A stretch of 64,000 nucleotides of DNA from Chrysemys picta bellii (GCF_011386835.1 NC_088809.1:17360001-17424000); one strand, 5' to 3'. Numbered from the stretch's first letter, positions 1 to 13,409 are shown. Notes: generated by a model not told the origin, from the letters alone. Translations and numbers: made by a program.

Positions 1-233
1 TTTTTATGCTGCAAATACTGGCAAGTGATTTGGATTTTTTTTTTAATTTTAAAGTTGAAACTAATTATCGTGCACTGATTATAACACTGCGTATGTATGA
101 TTAATTCTGGGCTGATTTTTTTTTTAATTTAAATGTTTGCTATAAATGCCTTTTGTAAACCTGAGGACAGGGAATGTGGGCCAAATTCTGCTGTGTTACA
201 CCAATGTAAATCCAGAGCAACTCTATAGATTGT

Positions 234-413
234 AAAAAGAACAGGAGTACTTGTGGCACCTTAGAGACTAACAAATTTATTTTCAGATGCATCTGAAGAA
301 GTGAGCTGTAGCCCACGAAAGCTTATGCTGAAATAAACTTGTTAGTCTCTAAGGTGCCACAAGTACTCCTGTTCTTTTTGCAGATACAGACTAACACGGC
401 TGCTACTTTGAAA
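234..413 (+). mobile_element. Penelope-like (PLE) derived fold-back mini-element
   Basis: Inverted arms AAAAAGAACAGGAGTACTTGTGGCACCTTAGAGACTAACAA...TTGTTAGTCTCTAAGGTGCCACAAGTACTCCTGTTCTTTTT plus a 3' tail ending GCTACTTTGAAA. Exact 12 bp TSD TCTATAGATTGT at 222-233 and 414-425. Sequence matches the terminal repeat of the GIY-YIG-bearing copy at 43872-44854. Confidence 0.85.
289..328 (+). ncRNA. Minimal type I hammerhead ribozyme-like motif
   Basis: GCAT-CTGAAGA-A-GTGAGC-TGTA-GCCCAC-GAAA-GCTT-ATGC: stem I GCAU/AUGC, CUGANGA core, stem II with one mismatch, GAAA, palindromic AAGCUU in place of stem III. Folded by eye; activity untested. Confidence 0.6.
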
Positions 414-2299
414 TCTATAGATTGTGTAAATGGAACTTGGTCCCAGCTCTTTACTGGTGTGTCAGTTTCTGCTGTGTACACATGAAAATCTATGCTAATT
501 CCATTGACTTCAGTGGAGTTACTCCTGATTTTAACTAGTGTAACTTTGATCAGAATTTGTCGCTCTAGCTATAAATTTACAGTGCTGTATAAATGTTTTA
601 CGAAGGTAACTTTATAATAATAGTACTGTAAATTTTGTCCTCTGTGCACCTGAAATTTGACTTCAGACTGAAAAAAATTACCATGCAAAACCTGAATTTT
701 TAAGAAAACATGCTTGTTGGCTGTATAGCAGGAAAACCAGCTGAAGCCTTGAAGAGCTTGTTTTTTGAGTTCTGCAGTGGGGGAAGCTAGTTACCGCAAT
801 CAAGCTATAAATCAGCGGGTAGCTGGGAGCTACTGTAGTTCTGGAGATTGGGTAGGAGGCAAGTCTAAGCGCATCTATCAGTGGGTATAACGCAAGAGGT
901 GCCAAGGTCAGATCTAGTCATTCACTGCAAAGCTGGTTATACAAAATGTTCTGAGTAAACCCTGAGTGGTGGTGGTTGTAGTGCTGCTGTTGCACTGCTA
1001 TGAATATATAGGCTGTCAGAGAGTTTCCAAGCTAAACACTCTACTGCACTTGAAGTTGAAATTTATAGAAGTCATCAGTTTGGGAGGGAACGTGTTTTTT
1101 GTTTTGTTTTTCCCCTTCCTAAAAGTCAAATCACACTCATTTTATTCACCCGAGTAGGCCCACTGGCTTCTCTCACGCAAGTAAGAACTGAATTCTCATG
1201 ATCAAGGTAAGCAGGGTTTGACTTATTCTTTTAAATTATTTTAATCCCCCTTTTTTTAGTAGCAGAGAAGCAAAATAATTTGTGATATTTATTTATAAAA
1301 CATCCATAAATCTGGAGTTTTGAGGTTGTTTTTTTAAAACGCCACCTCAATTTTTCTTTGCTGAGTCTGAGTTTAAACTATAAAAGGATTTTCAAAAGAG
1401 CTCAGATTCTATTTAGATACCAAAATAAGTGCCCAGATTTTCACAGCAGCTCAGCTCAGCACAGCATGTTGGGTGCTATGCAGTTTTGAAAATCTGGCTC
1501 TTATATAGTTGTTAGAATGGTTACTGAGTTCTTCTGAAAATCTGGCCTCCCTTATGGATGCTCAGCCTTTGAAATTCTGGCTCTGAGCTTCTTTGAAAAT
1601 GTGATCCTTAGTTCTTGGTAACAGCAGAAATTTCTTTTGCATTTCAGTCTCTCAGGTATATGTAATTACTGTGAGCTGTGATGAGAGACACTAGTTGGTT
1701 AACTAAGATCTGCTAATAAGTCTAAAATAGAATTGCAACAAGAGAAAATCATGGGAAAATTGGATTCCTGTGTCCATGTTCAGATAGGTCTGTTTGACTC
1801 TGGTGTGTGCTGACAGTATAGAAATCTGGGTAATAATGTGATTAATTGTTTACCAATATTTTAGATTAGAAAGTGAGGTTTTTTTGTTTTTGTTTTTGTT
1901 TTTTTTAAGGCGGTGAAACTGTTGTTTCCATCTTCAACACATTGATATGTTGACATGGTAGCAGTGGTTTAATGTTATAAGACGTATGATGAAACAGTAG
2001 ACTTTCCTGTGATAAGAGAGGCATGGGAAAACCCAGCTGTTTAAGTGAAAGGTGTATTAGATGGCTAAGGAGATGCTGTGTGTGGCTGGGATGTTTGTGT
2101 TTATGCAGTACATTGCTTTTGCAAAGTGTCTGTGTGTCCATGGAATGTTTTGTTTTAATGTATAGTTTTGTAGTATTGTTTCAAACACAGAGACATAGTA
2201 TTAAAAATAAACAAACTGATTTTAATAGCTTGAGAAATTAATATATAGGAAGTACCTCTATATTAATTTCAGAGCAGGGAAATATACCCAGGTCACTTT

Positions 2300-2590
2300 A
2301 AGGAAGGATGGTATGCAGTTAAATCACAGGTTTTAGATACAGAAGGCCTGGGCTCTATTCCCAGCTCTGCAGCAGACAGTGCACCAGAATTCCAGCGGTC
2401 TAGGGTACATTCTTGGAACTGTCACAGACTTTCCTGTGTGACCTTGGGAGAGTTACTTAGTTGCTCTGTGGCTTAGTTCTCTGTCTGTAAAATGTGGAGA
2501 GTAATACTTCCCTACTGCATGTAGAGTGTTGTGAAGATAAATTCATTCATGTCCGTGTACTGCTCGGATGCTACAGTAATAGGAGACCTA
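2300..2590 (+). mobile_element. MIR/CORE-like SINE, degenerate
   Basis: GGGCTCTATTCCCAGCTCTG...GTGTGACCTTGGG...CTGTAAAATG core, shared with many other copies in the window. Confidence 0.6.
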
Positions 2591-3679
2591 GAGAACAGAG
2601 CTATTAAAAAAAAATGAACCTTTTTACAATTTATCAAAATCTCAAAAAATTTTGACCATGAGTTGGTTAAAAAAACAGCAAAAAAAAAAAAAAAAAAGGA
2701 AAAATTTTTGAGAAATGTTTGCAAAAAACTTTCATCTAAATTTTGAAAAATTTTGACTTGTCCTGATAGAGAAGTCCTATTAATTTTTTTTTATTGTGGC
2801 TAGCTCTACAATGATGTCTACTAACTGGAAGACTATCCCCCTTGCTGTGCCAAAGTCCCGGGAAGTTAGTTTTGAGCTGTCTTGGTAGCTTGGATTTTCT
2901 GTTGTGGCAGTGCACAGTATCAGCCTTTGCAATCACCAGTATTGATTTTGAGATTAGACTGTGTTATTATTCGATTTGCATATAGTGCCAGTTGAAAGTT
3001 TCTTCCCCTACCAATATCTGATGTCTACCTTGCAATCATGCATGTACAGTGATAGCACTTTTTTTGTTATCTCTGTCTTACTGATTCTTCTGAATAATTC
3101 TCTTTTTCCCTCATAATTGCCTGTACATTGTTGGTAAGGAAAGCTGCTTGTGTTGCAATGATAGCAGTTTCTGCAACTGTGCTGTCAAAGCAAAATATAT
3201 GATTCTGTTGTGGTTATAACTCAATGGAAAGGTTTAATTGAATACTAATCATGGCTATTTTATTTACTTCCCTCTTTGCCATCGTATCAAGCTAAACATA
3301 TAATGCAACTTCTATTAACGTGTTTATTTTTTCCCTGCAAGTCTCCACAGCAGTTTTGACTTGTTTGGCTTTTGACATAGGATCACTTTGAAATGGTGCT
3401 TCTGAAATTGCATAAGGCAGGCTCTGTCACTTAAAAAGAAGAAAAATTGTACATTGATGCTATGATCCCACAAGTATTTGTGCAGGGTGCAGCAAGTTGT
3501 TGTACTGCAGCACGTGTACGAGGCTGGAGTGTGCACAGGAATGAGTGAAATTAATCACAAGGCATGCTGACTTCTTTGCTCACAAGTGTGCAATGTATGG
3601 GTGGCAAATCGATATGTCTTAGGAAACATGGGTTTAAGCTACAGCTTCTTTTGTTCCAATTAGGAGCTCAGGTACATTA

Positions 3680-3950
3680 TTATTTATTTGTATTAAAGTA
3701 GTACCTAGGGTTGGGCTTCAACTGAGACTAGGCGCCCACTGTAATAGGTGTTGTGCACATACAAGAGAAATCCCTGCCCAAAGAGTTTACAATCTAAATA
3801 ATCAACACAAAGGATGGGAAGGGAAATAGAAGCACAGAGAGATGCCTTCCCCAAGGTCATACAGCATGTCATGGAGCAGAGCTACAAATAGAACTCAGGT
3901 CACCCAAGTCCCAGTGCCATGCTCTATGCTCAGGACAACACTGCCTCTCA
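3680..3950 (-). mobile_element. MIR/CORE-like SINE with L2-like tail
   Basis: Reverse-complement tail (TATTATTTATTTGTATT...), core CCCAAGGTCATACAG and tRNA-like head. Confidence 0.65.
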
Positions 3951-6257
3951 CAGTTGCCTCTTAGGTGCCCTCCTGCTAAGAGGTTGTAATGCAGTGTCCG
4001 TGTGTCGGGGTCTCACTGATACAGCATTGTTGTTCTTGAATGAGTATGTGTGATTCTCTGCCTTTGCTCTGTAGAGGACCACACTCTGAATGTTCTCCAT
4101 CAGATATGATGCATTAATCGGCTTTAGAGGACTAACTTTCTTTGGATAGGAATAAGTGGTTAATAATAGGCAGAACCCATGTGGTTTCCCCTGTGACGGC
4201 AGTATAAGCTTGGAGTTTTAGCCAGTGAGGTATTAAACAAGACATCTGTCTTGAGTGTGTTTGGGGGTGGGAGGGCGGGAGGAGAGTGCTAAGGCAAGGC
4301 ATCAGGCTCTATCAATTTACAGTGCAGTGGATGGGTCTTGGAAGCAGCGTCCACTGACTAGTAGCATTTTCCTTCCAGTGTTAGTTTTATTTCAGACTGA
4401 CAAAGAAACTTTATCATGTTCTCACTGTCCCCATATCTCTCCAAATTAAATTCTCTTGTGGAGCTCAAAGTACCAGTCTGTGGTTCTTTTTGTTACAGTA
4501 GCCATAGTTAGATGATAACAGAATGGAGGGACTGCGTGGTGCCCTGTAATGGTTATTGTCAGAGCTGGCTGCAGCTACAGTGGCAGGCATATATAGGAGC
4601 AAGATTAAAAAACCCAGGTTTCCGATAGGAGCAATTTTGTATGTGTTAGACTATGAATATGTAATACCATGTGAGATAGAAGGATTGCCTGGGAACAGGC
4701 TACAGTGAGAGGAATTTAGGGACAAAGTGGACAGCAAGGTGATAAATGAGCCATGCCTGAGTTGTCCTGACAAAGTCCTGTGGCGTTTGTCCTTAGAAAA
4801 GACTGAATCATGGACTGAGAGTAACACAAGTACTTGTGCACTGTAAAATGTGTCAGAGATAACCCAATAAGAACTCTTAACACTGATGGCTTCACAGTTC
4901 TGTACAAACACTGGCTAACTAATCCTCATAATCCCTCTGTGAAAAGGGGTAGGAGGTTACAGATGGGGCAATGGAGACGGAAAAGTGAACTGCCCTGATC
5001 ACCATGACACAGCAATAACTGAGTCCTTTGTGAACATGATTTTTATTTCCTTCACATTTCTGCTCATGGGACTGGATAAGAGGCAAATGGGATCCTTGAA
5101 GTTGTTCCCAGAACCGGGTCTTGTGTAGAACACAATCCAACAAACCTGCCCCCAGGCACTCTATAAAGACTGCCTATAAGCATAAGCTTATTTAATTGCC
5201 TGAAATATACCAATGTGGAAAGCAGTATTAGAGAAGCCACAAAACGGATGCTACTAAAAAGATCCCTTCTTCTACTGCAACATCAGAGAAAGTGGGCATT
5301 GTGCTTTCATCAAGGAATGCCTGCATCAAATGCTAGCCAAGTTGTTATTAGTCTGCTTTCTGTAATGCTGCAGTATAGGAGATGCTTAATGGTGCATAAA
5401 TGGAAGTGTCCTGAAAACTACTTTGGATGTAAGGAAAGTCTAAAGGCTTCAGTCATTGATTTGCGACTAAGGTGAGGGACTGATCTCCATTAAAAACCAA
5501 ACATGGATTTGGCCTGGTGTAAATCTGTAGCTCTAGTCAAGTAAATGACACTACGCTGCTAGTCAGTTACGACAACTATTCTTGAGGTTGAAACTTGAAA
5601 AGCGGAATCTAATGTGAAGGTGAAGGGATGGTTTAAAGTTGACCTACCACTGCACACTGACTTTTTACTTTGGACAGAGGAAGGCAGTAGCTTATGATTT
5701 TACATTGGAAAAGTCAGAGTAAAGAATTGAGGCCCGGGATGACTCAAGGGATTGTTAATAGGGTACAGAGACTTTCACTGAAAATCAGTGGAGTTGGGAT
5801 TCTCAGAGGAGTTAGGCATCCAAATTCTACTGAAATTCATTGAGTTTTCCCTTAAGCTCCTTTGAAAATCCCAGTGTAAGAGTCCTGTTTACTTAAGGAT
5901 GGGAATTTGGCCCTAAATCCAGTCTCATGTACATGGATGTTGGACATTTGTCCTTTCATATGTTTGGAAGCACCATTTGTACATATGCTGCAGAATAGGC
6001 ACAACCATGGGGAACATGAGGATATGTTCCTGCTGGTTCACCCTATATTTTATTTACCTGTTGGTGAGTGAAGTCCAGGACGCTCATGCATTTTCACTCT
6101 TGGTCCCTCACAGACTTTTGGAAAGTGTCCTCTCAGGAAGTCGACGAGTGCTGTGGTCACCAAGCCTTGAAACGATCACTGACAAAGGGCCAACTGAGGC
6201 AAATGCAGCAGGCATTTCATCTGCTAGTTCCTATGGGCTCTAACACCTTGTGAATCC

Positions 6258-6462
6258 TAGGGTTGCCAACAGTCCCGTATTATAAGAGACATCCCATATT
6301 TTTTCATCTCTGTACAAGATTGGGAGTTGCTGAGTGCTGCAAAAAGCAGCAAGAAATACTCCTGGCGAATGTAGGTGAGTTCTTCTTCTTCATAATTAGG
6401 GGTGGGGCAGGGGTGCTAAGAAAACAGTCTGTTGTTTTTGAAATACAATGTTGGCAACCCTA
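6258..6462. mobile_element. Old non-autonomous DNA transposon (hAT-like TIRs)
   Basis: Perfect 14 bp TIRs TAGGGTTGCCAACA / TGTTGGCAACCCTA; no recognisable TSD. Confidence 0.55.
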
Positions 6463-6587
6463 GCTCTTAACTGACTTCCATACCATGCTCCACCCTGGGC
6501 CCCAGATACGTTGGTGACCCATTTCTTCCAACTGCCACAGCACCTTCTGGCCTCCCTTCTCCCAACTGTCACGGAATCTTCCCCACT

Positions 6588-7900
6588 GCCTCTGTGACCC
6601 TCCCCCCAACTGCTTCAGAACCTCTCCCCTGTCTCTGTGAACCCCCATCCCAACTGCCACAGAACACCCTGTCCTTGCCTCTGTGACCCTTCCCCACAAC
6701 TGCCACGGAACCTTCCTCCCCCCTGCCTCTGTGACCCCTCCCCACAACTGCCACGGAACCGTCCTCCCCCCTGCCTCTGTGAACCCCCATCCCAACTGCC
6801 ACAGAACACCCTGTCCTTGCCTCTGTGACCCTCCCCACAACTGCCACGGAACCTTCCTCCCCCCGCCTCTGTGACCCTCCCCACAACTGCCACGGAACCT
6901 TCCTCCCCCCGCCTCTGTGACCCCTCCCCACAACTGCCACGGAACCGTCCTCCCCCCTGCCTCTGTGACCCCTCCCCACAACTGCCACAGAACACCCTGT
7001 CCTTGCCTCTGTGACCCTCCCCACAACTGCCATGGAACCTTCCTCCCCCCTGCCTCTGTGACCCCTCCCCACAACTGCCACGGAACCTTCCTCCCCCCTG
7101 CCTCAGTGAACCCCCATCCCAACTGCCACAGAACACCCTGTCCTTGCCTCTGTGACCCTTCCCCACAACTGCCACGGAACCTTCCTCCCCCCGCCTCTGT
7201 GACCCCTCCCCACAACTGCCACGGAACCGTCCTCCCCCCTGCCTCTGTGAACCCCCATCCCAACTGCCACAGAACACCCTGTCCTTGCCTCTGTGACCCT
7301 CCCCACAACTGCCACGGAACCTTCCTCCCCCCGCCTCTGTGACCCCTCCCCACAACTGCCACGGAACCGTCCTCCCCCCTGCCTCTGTGAACCCCCATCC
7401 CAACTGCCACAGAACACCCTGTCCTTGCCTCTGTGACCCTCCCCACAACTGCCACGGAACCTTCCTCCCCCCTGCCTCTGTGACCCTCCCCACAACTGCC
7501 ACGGAACCTTCCTCTCCCCTGCCTCTGTGACCCCTCCCCACAACTGCCACAGAACACCCTGTCCTTGCCTCTGTGACCCTCCCCACAACTGCCACGGAAC
7601 CTTCCTCCCCCCCTGCCTCTGTGACCCCTCCCCACAACTGCCACGGAACCGTCCTCCCCCCTGCCTCTGTGAACCCCCATCCCAACTGCCACAGAACACC
7701 CTGTCCTTGTCTCTGTGACCCTCCCCACAACTGCCACGGAACCTTCCTCCCCCCCTGCCTCTGTGACCCCTCCCCACAACTGCCATGGAACCTTCCTCCC
7801 CCCTGCCTCTGTGAACCCCCATCCCAACTGCCACAGAGCACCCCCTTCCTGCCTCTGTGACCTCCTCCCCACCAACTGCCATGGAACTTTTCTCCTCCCC
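6588..7900. repeat. C-rich minisatellite, ~45-48 bp monomers with ~141 bp higher-order period
   Basis: About 28 monomers of GCCTCTGTGA(C/A)CCC...CAACTGCCAC(G/A)GAAC..., with degenerate monomers extending to ~6520 and ~8040. Confidence 0.95.
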
Positions 7901-8744
7901 AACTGCCACAGAACCTTCCCCCTCCCTCTGTGACCTCCTCCTCATCCCAACTGCCATGGAACCTTCCCCATTTCTGTGACCTCCCAAATGCCATGGAACC
8001 TTTGCCCAGTCCCCACTTCTGTTATCCACCCCCTCCTCCCCACTGCCCTCCTTGTTGCTACAAAACCTTTCCTTGCTGGCAGCTCCCCATCACCCACCTG
8101 AGCAGGAGGAAAAATGCAGGAGCAGACTTGCCCCCAGCAGTGTCACCGCCCTTTGGCAAGTGTTTGCCCTGGAATGACTGTAATAATAATGAATGGTTGG
8201 TTTTGGTTTCTTTAAAAAAAATCCACTATGGAAAGATCCCGGTTTCTATGACTAGAAATTTATTTTTTTGGAACTGATGCGTATGAACAGAGTCAAAGCT
8301 GCTAGCTGTAATCATTAAAGCTCCAAGTGGCTGGTGCCTGGTTACCGGAGACGAAATGTTTCCCCATGTGATACTGCCGCAGTTAAGATCCTTGGGGGCT
8401 CTTGAGCTGGAGTCCTCTCAGTCCAAATCAAGGGGCTACTGGCAGAGCCTTATGTGGCGAGGTTCTTTGCTGTGGAAGTTGCTTCTCCCCATTTGTCAGC
8501 CAAGACTTGGGGTTGTTTGGCTTACTGTGGTAATGGAGACAATATAAACGCATTAGATGGTCTACTTGATTACATTTGTTGACTGTGTTTTTGGTGTGGA
8601 TTGTAAAGGTGGATGCATGGTACCAATTATTGCTATACATTGAAAGAATAAATATCAGCTGAACAAAGGATAGATGGATTTGTATTCACAACTTCAAACA
8701 AATATTGAAAACTGTGTAGAAGGACTGTTTTTTCAACATTATTC

Positions 8745-8960
8745 TTTATATTGTGGTCACTCCTGAGGGTACCAAATGAGATCAGGGCTCCATTCTGCTA
8801 GGTGCTATACATACAGATAGAGATGGTCCTTCCCCCCAGAAACTTGCAGTCTAAATAGAGAAGACCGCATGGGAGGCAAAGTGATTTGCCCAAGGTTGCA
8901 CAACAGGTTAGTGGCATCCCAGGCTACTGCCCTATCCAGTGGACTGCACTGCCTCTTATG
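8745..8960 (-). mobile_element. MIR/CORE-like SINE
   Basis: CTAGGTGCTATAC...CAGTCTAAATAG...GATTTGCCCAAGGTTGCACA; same family as 3680-3950. Confidence 0.6.
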
Positions 8961-11900
8961 GCAGCATGCTTTGTTTTTCTTTTCTCTTTGTTTGATCTGT
9001 CTTCTTTCTCTATTGCTTTCCATTTCTTATTCCTTCTTTCCTCCTTCCTGACCTTCCCCCTTTCTGTTCTGCTCTGGCACTCTGTTTTGGGAGAGAAACA
9101 CAAATTCATCAGCCTGATTTAGCTCTGGAGCGTGAGCATCTTAAAAACTGTCCTTTGGAAAGTGACCTAATCTTCAGCAAAGAGAGACAGTTAAATGTAA
9201 CTATTATGCATGTTTGGCCATAAAAACAATGTATATGGTAGAAGTGTATGGAAGTTATTGTTGACATAGCTCATTCATCCCAAAGGTATTCATCACTATT
9301 GAGTTTTGATAAGGCATTATACTAAATAGATGCCGTGTGCATAAACATGCTTTTTTAATTAAACAAACCCTGTTTGAAAAAAGCAACTTTTAAGTACTTT
9401 GAAAATAAAAATATGCTGATGCTAATTGATATATTGGCATAATATTATCCTGAAGGATAAAGATGACTTTTTTAAAAGGAGAAATGCACCGTGTGTGTGT
9501 TTTAATCCCATGTGAAAGTGTTTTCAGAACTGGGCCCTTATTAACTGCAGAAAAAATTGCTTAATCAGAATACGTAAATTTAAAAAAGGAAATTACAACC
9601 TATATCCATATATATATATTTCCAAAATCTCCAGTGAACTAGGTTGCTGTGTAATCCTCAGGGGCTGTCATTTTAGGGCCTAATCATGCATGGTGTGGAG
9701 TGCTGTCAGCTCCCAAGTCCGTACCTTCCAGGATGGAGCCCTTAATGATGGTTCCAATAAGAAATGCAGTCTGACATTCACTGAGACAGGAAGATCCGAG
9801 CAGGAGCCACAGACATGGAGTATTACTACTGGAGTTTTCCCATAGTTCTTTTTAGGGAAAGTTTGCATTTTAGTTTCTGGCATTGTTTTGCATTAATAAG
9901 TAAGTGTTTATATTTGTTGCCAGTTGCAAAGCTTCAGGGCTATCCTATGGAAATTTCCTGTTCTTTGTCTTGACTCTACTTTGCTGGGATTTATCAAGAC
10001 AAGAAATGTGGGATATAAATATGGGAATTTTAAGGAAATAATTATTAGTGATTGTGTGCACGATCCTGCATACACTGCGGCCCAGATCCTCAAAGGTATT
10101 TAGGCACCTAACTTCCATTGATTTCAATAGGGGTTAGGCAGCCAAATACCTTTTGAGTAGCTGGGTCTGTGTAAATTTATTAACATGCCTGTGTGTTTGC
10201 AGGTTTGGGTTCTTCGTCATATTTCTCACTGGATCGAGTGATTGGAAACATTTTCTATTCCATTGCAGTTTTTCTTTAGTTTTATTTTTGGCACTAGCAA
10301 TACAGAAAAAGTACGTAAGGAGAAATAATAATTGGAATAAATGTCAAGCATGTGATATGGGAAGATAGATTATCAGCTTTTTAAAACCATGTTTTCAAGT
10401 TCTGTTGTTTCCATATGTTTATAAAATCTCTTCTGCCTAGAATCTTATAAGGTTTATTTACTTGCCATTTTTCACTGTGTAGCAGCTCGGTAACTGGGTC
10501 TACTGCAAGGATCCTTTGAGAAGTTTTGGATGAGAAACTGAAACCATCCCTGAACGCCCCTCTCCCCCCAGTTTAGCAACAGGACAAAAGAAACACGACA
10601 AAAGAAAGTCCATGGGTTACAGAGTGGCTGCTTCCCTGAGGTATGCAGTTTTGGCCATTGGATTCGTATAATGAGGATCCACTGATCTGCTCCTTGTTGG
10701 CCCAAGCCCATTCTATGTTGCCGTGGAGCACTGTTATAGCACACAGAGCCCTGAACCACTGTTTCCCACCCGAGTTCTTCCATATCTGGGGAATTCTCAG
10801 TCTGGGAGACTTCCTTTTCAGGGAGCCTTAATCCAAAACGCACTGAGGGCCACAGTTTCTCCGGACAGGACTGATCTTTTCAGCTGTGTCACAGGTTGCT
10901 GGTGTAACTTTAGTATTTCATATGAATCTGTAGCTGTGCTCAGACAAAGCTGTGCAGTGTTGAGAGTGATAAATTCTCCAGCATGTATTGTTCAAGTAAG
11001 TTTATAGTAAAGTTGTTAGCTAGTTAGCAGTGACTGTGCTAATTATATTGGTGTGAGCATAAACAGACATTAACGCTGCGATGCTGTGTGAGAGATGTTC
11101 CATTGCTTGCTGGAGAAGTATTTATATTCTGTGTTGTTTTCTGAGATTTGGCTTATCATTTTCTCTTCCCTGGCTCCTCTGTTAGAGCCCTTGTTATGTT
11201 GTCAGCAAAGCTACTATATTTATTACTGGGGACAAATTATGCCCTATGCAGGAAAATCCATGGCCTGATTCTCCTCTCAATGACAATGGTATAAATTGGC
11301 AATAATCCCACTGAAGTGAGTGGAGTTAAACAATGCAAAATCTGCGTAAGTGAGGTAACAGTCAAGCTCACTGTGTCTTACAACTCCTCAAATTTCCTTT
11401 GTTTTTATACCTTTGTAGCTCACTGGCTTTAATAGTCCCTCCTGATTGACATCATTATAAGAGAGAGGAGGATCAGGTCCTGTTAGTTTCATCTTGCAGT
11501 GTTTACTGCTTATCATGAATGGGAGTCACTTTCACAGAGTGGAGGCATAACCTGAACAGGTCCTTATAGAGACATCAGGAACACAGAGCCCTGGGAATCC
11601 TGTGCATCCCCCAAGCTGAGGGGAAGGAGATGAGGGCTGCTCTCTGGAACCCCCAACTCTTATGTAGGGGCCATAGAAGCCCTTTTTATTATTAGCACCA
11701 TAATTCATGTACACGTTAAGAGCAGAGCCTGCATATCACTGCACTCTCTTATAGACCCATTAGTTACTTCTTCCAGCCAAGAAAACTTACTAACTTCCCT
11801 GGCATAGGGTGTTCTCTTGGGGAACAAAGCACTGATCGTACATCTCAGATGATCAGTTTCCTTGCAGGCTGTGTATATATAATAAATTTTCCCTGTAACT

Positions 11901-12031
11901 GTAGAGAAAAAGTTCCAGGATTTGCCTTTTTTTTTTTTTTTTTTTTTTTAAGATGAATTCTGAGATGGCAGTCAGATTCAGATCACACTGATCAGAAGCC
12001 AGGCCTACAGACTCGTGAGAATCAGAATTTA

Positions 12032-12260
12032 GAGAAAGGGTGGTCCAGTAGTTAGGGCACTAGCCCAGGACATGGAAGCCCTAGGTTCAGTTCCTAGCTG
12101 TTCCACAGATTTCCTGTGTGATTTGGTTAAGTCACTTAATCTCTCTGTGCCTTGATTCTCAATCTGCAAAATGGGGACAATAGCACTGCCCTAACTTGTG
12201 GGGTGCTGTCAGAATAAGTACATTAGGTTGTGAAGTGCTCAGATGCCGCAGTGCTCACCT
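12032..12260 (+). mobile_element. tRNA-derived MIR/CORE-like SINE
   Basis: A-box-like TGGTCCAGTAGT, B-box-like GGTTCAGTTCC, core AAGTCACTTAATCTCTCTGTGCC...CTGCAAAATGGGG. Confidence 0.7.
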
Positions 12261-13084
12261 TGTAAAATGGATTAAGCACATACTTTCCACCTCCTAGCAG
12301 AGTGGTGTGGGGTTCTGTGCTTTGAGCTGACTATGTCATTTTTGAGTAAATGAGTACCATGTGTTCATTTGCTGAGCAAACCCAGGTTGAATACACCTTG
12401 CAAAGACATATTAGTGTGTAAATAAACAGCTGCAGACACTCATGCTTATGTAGGCATATATCTGTGTCATACTGAGGAAAGCAACATTATTTTCTAGGGC
12501 TGTTTAGGATGAAACGAAAGAAGTCAGAGCTGGGCTTTATATTCACATCCACACTGAGTAGCACTCTTTGGTTTGCGTTTAACTATCAGAGGTAACTATG
12601 TCCATTTACAGTTTGAATTAACTCCCTCACAGTGTGCTACGTTAAATATTTAAATCACTCATATATAGAGATAAATTTGTCTAGATCTACCTTATGTCGT
12701 ATAAATACCACAACTTAACACTATTTTGCTTCTGCTACCACTGAAGCATATTGACCCCAATTCAGGAAAATACTTAAGCCAACCAAAAGAATCCATCCCT
12801 CTAAAAGTACATAGAAGAGGGAAAGCTCTTGAAGCTTAACAACATACAAAGAATGGCCTAGGATAGACAGGGATGGTGGAGGCTTGTTCATGCCCTAAGC
12901 AATGTTTGATGGCATGGGAAGGATACAGGTTCAATATACTAATTCATTCAGTGCACAGAAGGGACCTGCTCTGGAAATGAATCATGATTGTGTAGTGAAG
13001 GAAACTGTTGTCTATAGGATCCCTGACTCATTTGTTGCAGTAGTTGGAAAGTGTGTAGTAAATGATGCAGGGGATTGCAGAAAG

Positions 13085-13405
13085 AGAAAGGACGATCTTC
13101 TCACAACGCACAGTCAATCTGTGGAACTCTTTGCCAAAGGATGTTGTGAAGGCCAAGACTATAACAGGGTTAAAAAAAAACCTAGATACATTCATGGACG
13201 ATAGGTCCATCAGTGGCTATTAGCCAGGATGGGCAGGGATGATGTCCCTAACCTCTGTTTGCTAGAAGCTGGGAGTGAGTGACAGGGAATGGATTACCTG
13301 TTGTGTTCACTCCCTCTGGGGCACCTGGCACTGGCCACTGTCAGAAGACCGGATACTGGGCTAGATGGACTGTTGGTCTGACCCAGTACGGCCATTCTTA
13401 TTTTC
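13085..13405 (+). mobile_element. CR1 LINE 3' fragment (second subfamily)
   Basis: Degenerate ORF2 C-terminus (FSQRTVNLWNSLPKDVVKAKTITG) followed by a 3' UTR ending GGCCATTCTTATTTTC. Confidence 0.8.
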
Positions 13406-13409
13406 TTTT

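Noticed and set aside
4075-4229. Exon-like segment with acceptor and donor
   Set aside because: Stops in all three frames; it could only be non-coding, and nothing else supports it.
5215-6253. Short ORFs in unique sequence
   Set aside because: No recognisable domain or consistent splice framing; lengths are within chance expectation.
6588-7900. CRISPR-like array
   Set aside because: No unique spacers, the units are variants of each other, no cas genes, and the context is vertebrate.
6460-8029. Long 300-480 aa Gly/Arg/Trp-rich ORFs and short Pro/His/Cys-rich ORFs
   Set aside because: They arise because the minisatellite monomer lacks stops; all three minus frames are open at once.
12902-13204. 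100 aa ORF
   Set aside because: Its 3' half is an off-frame reading of a decayed CR1 fragment.
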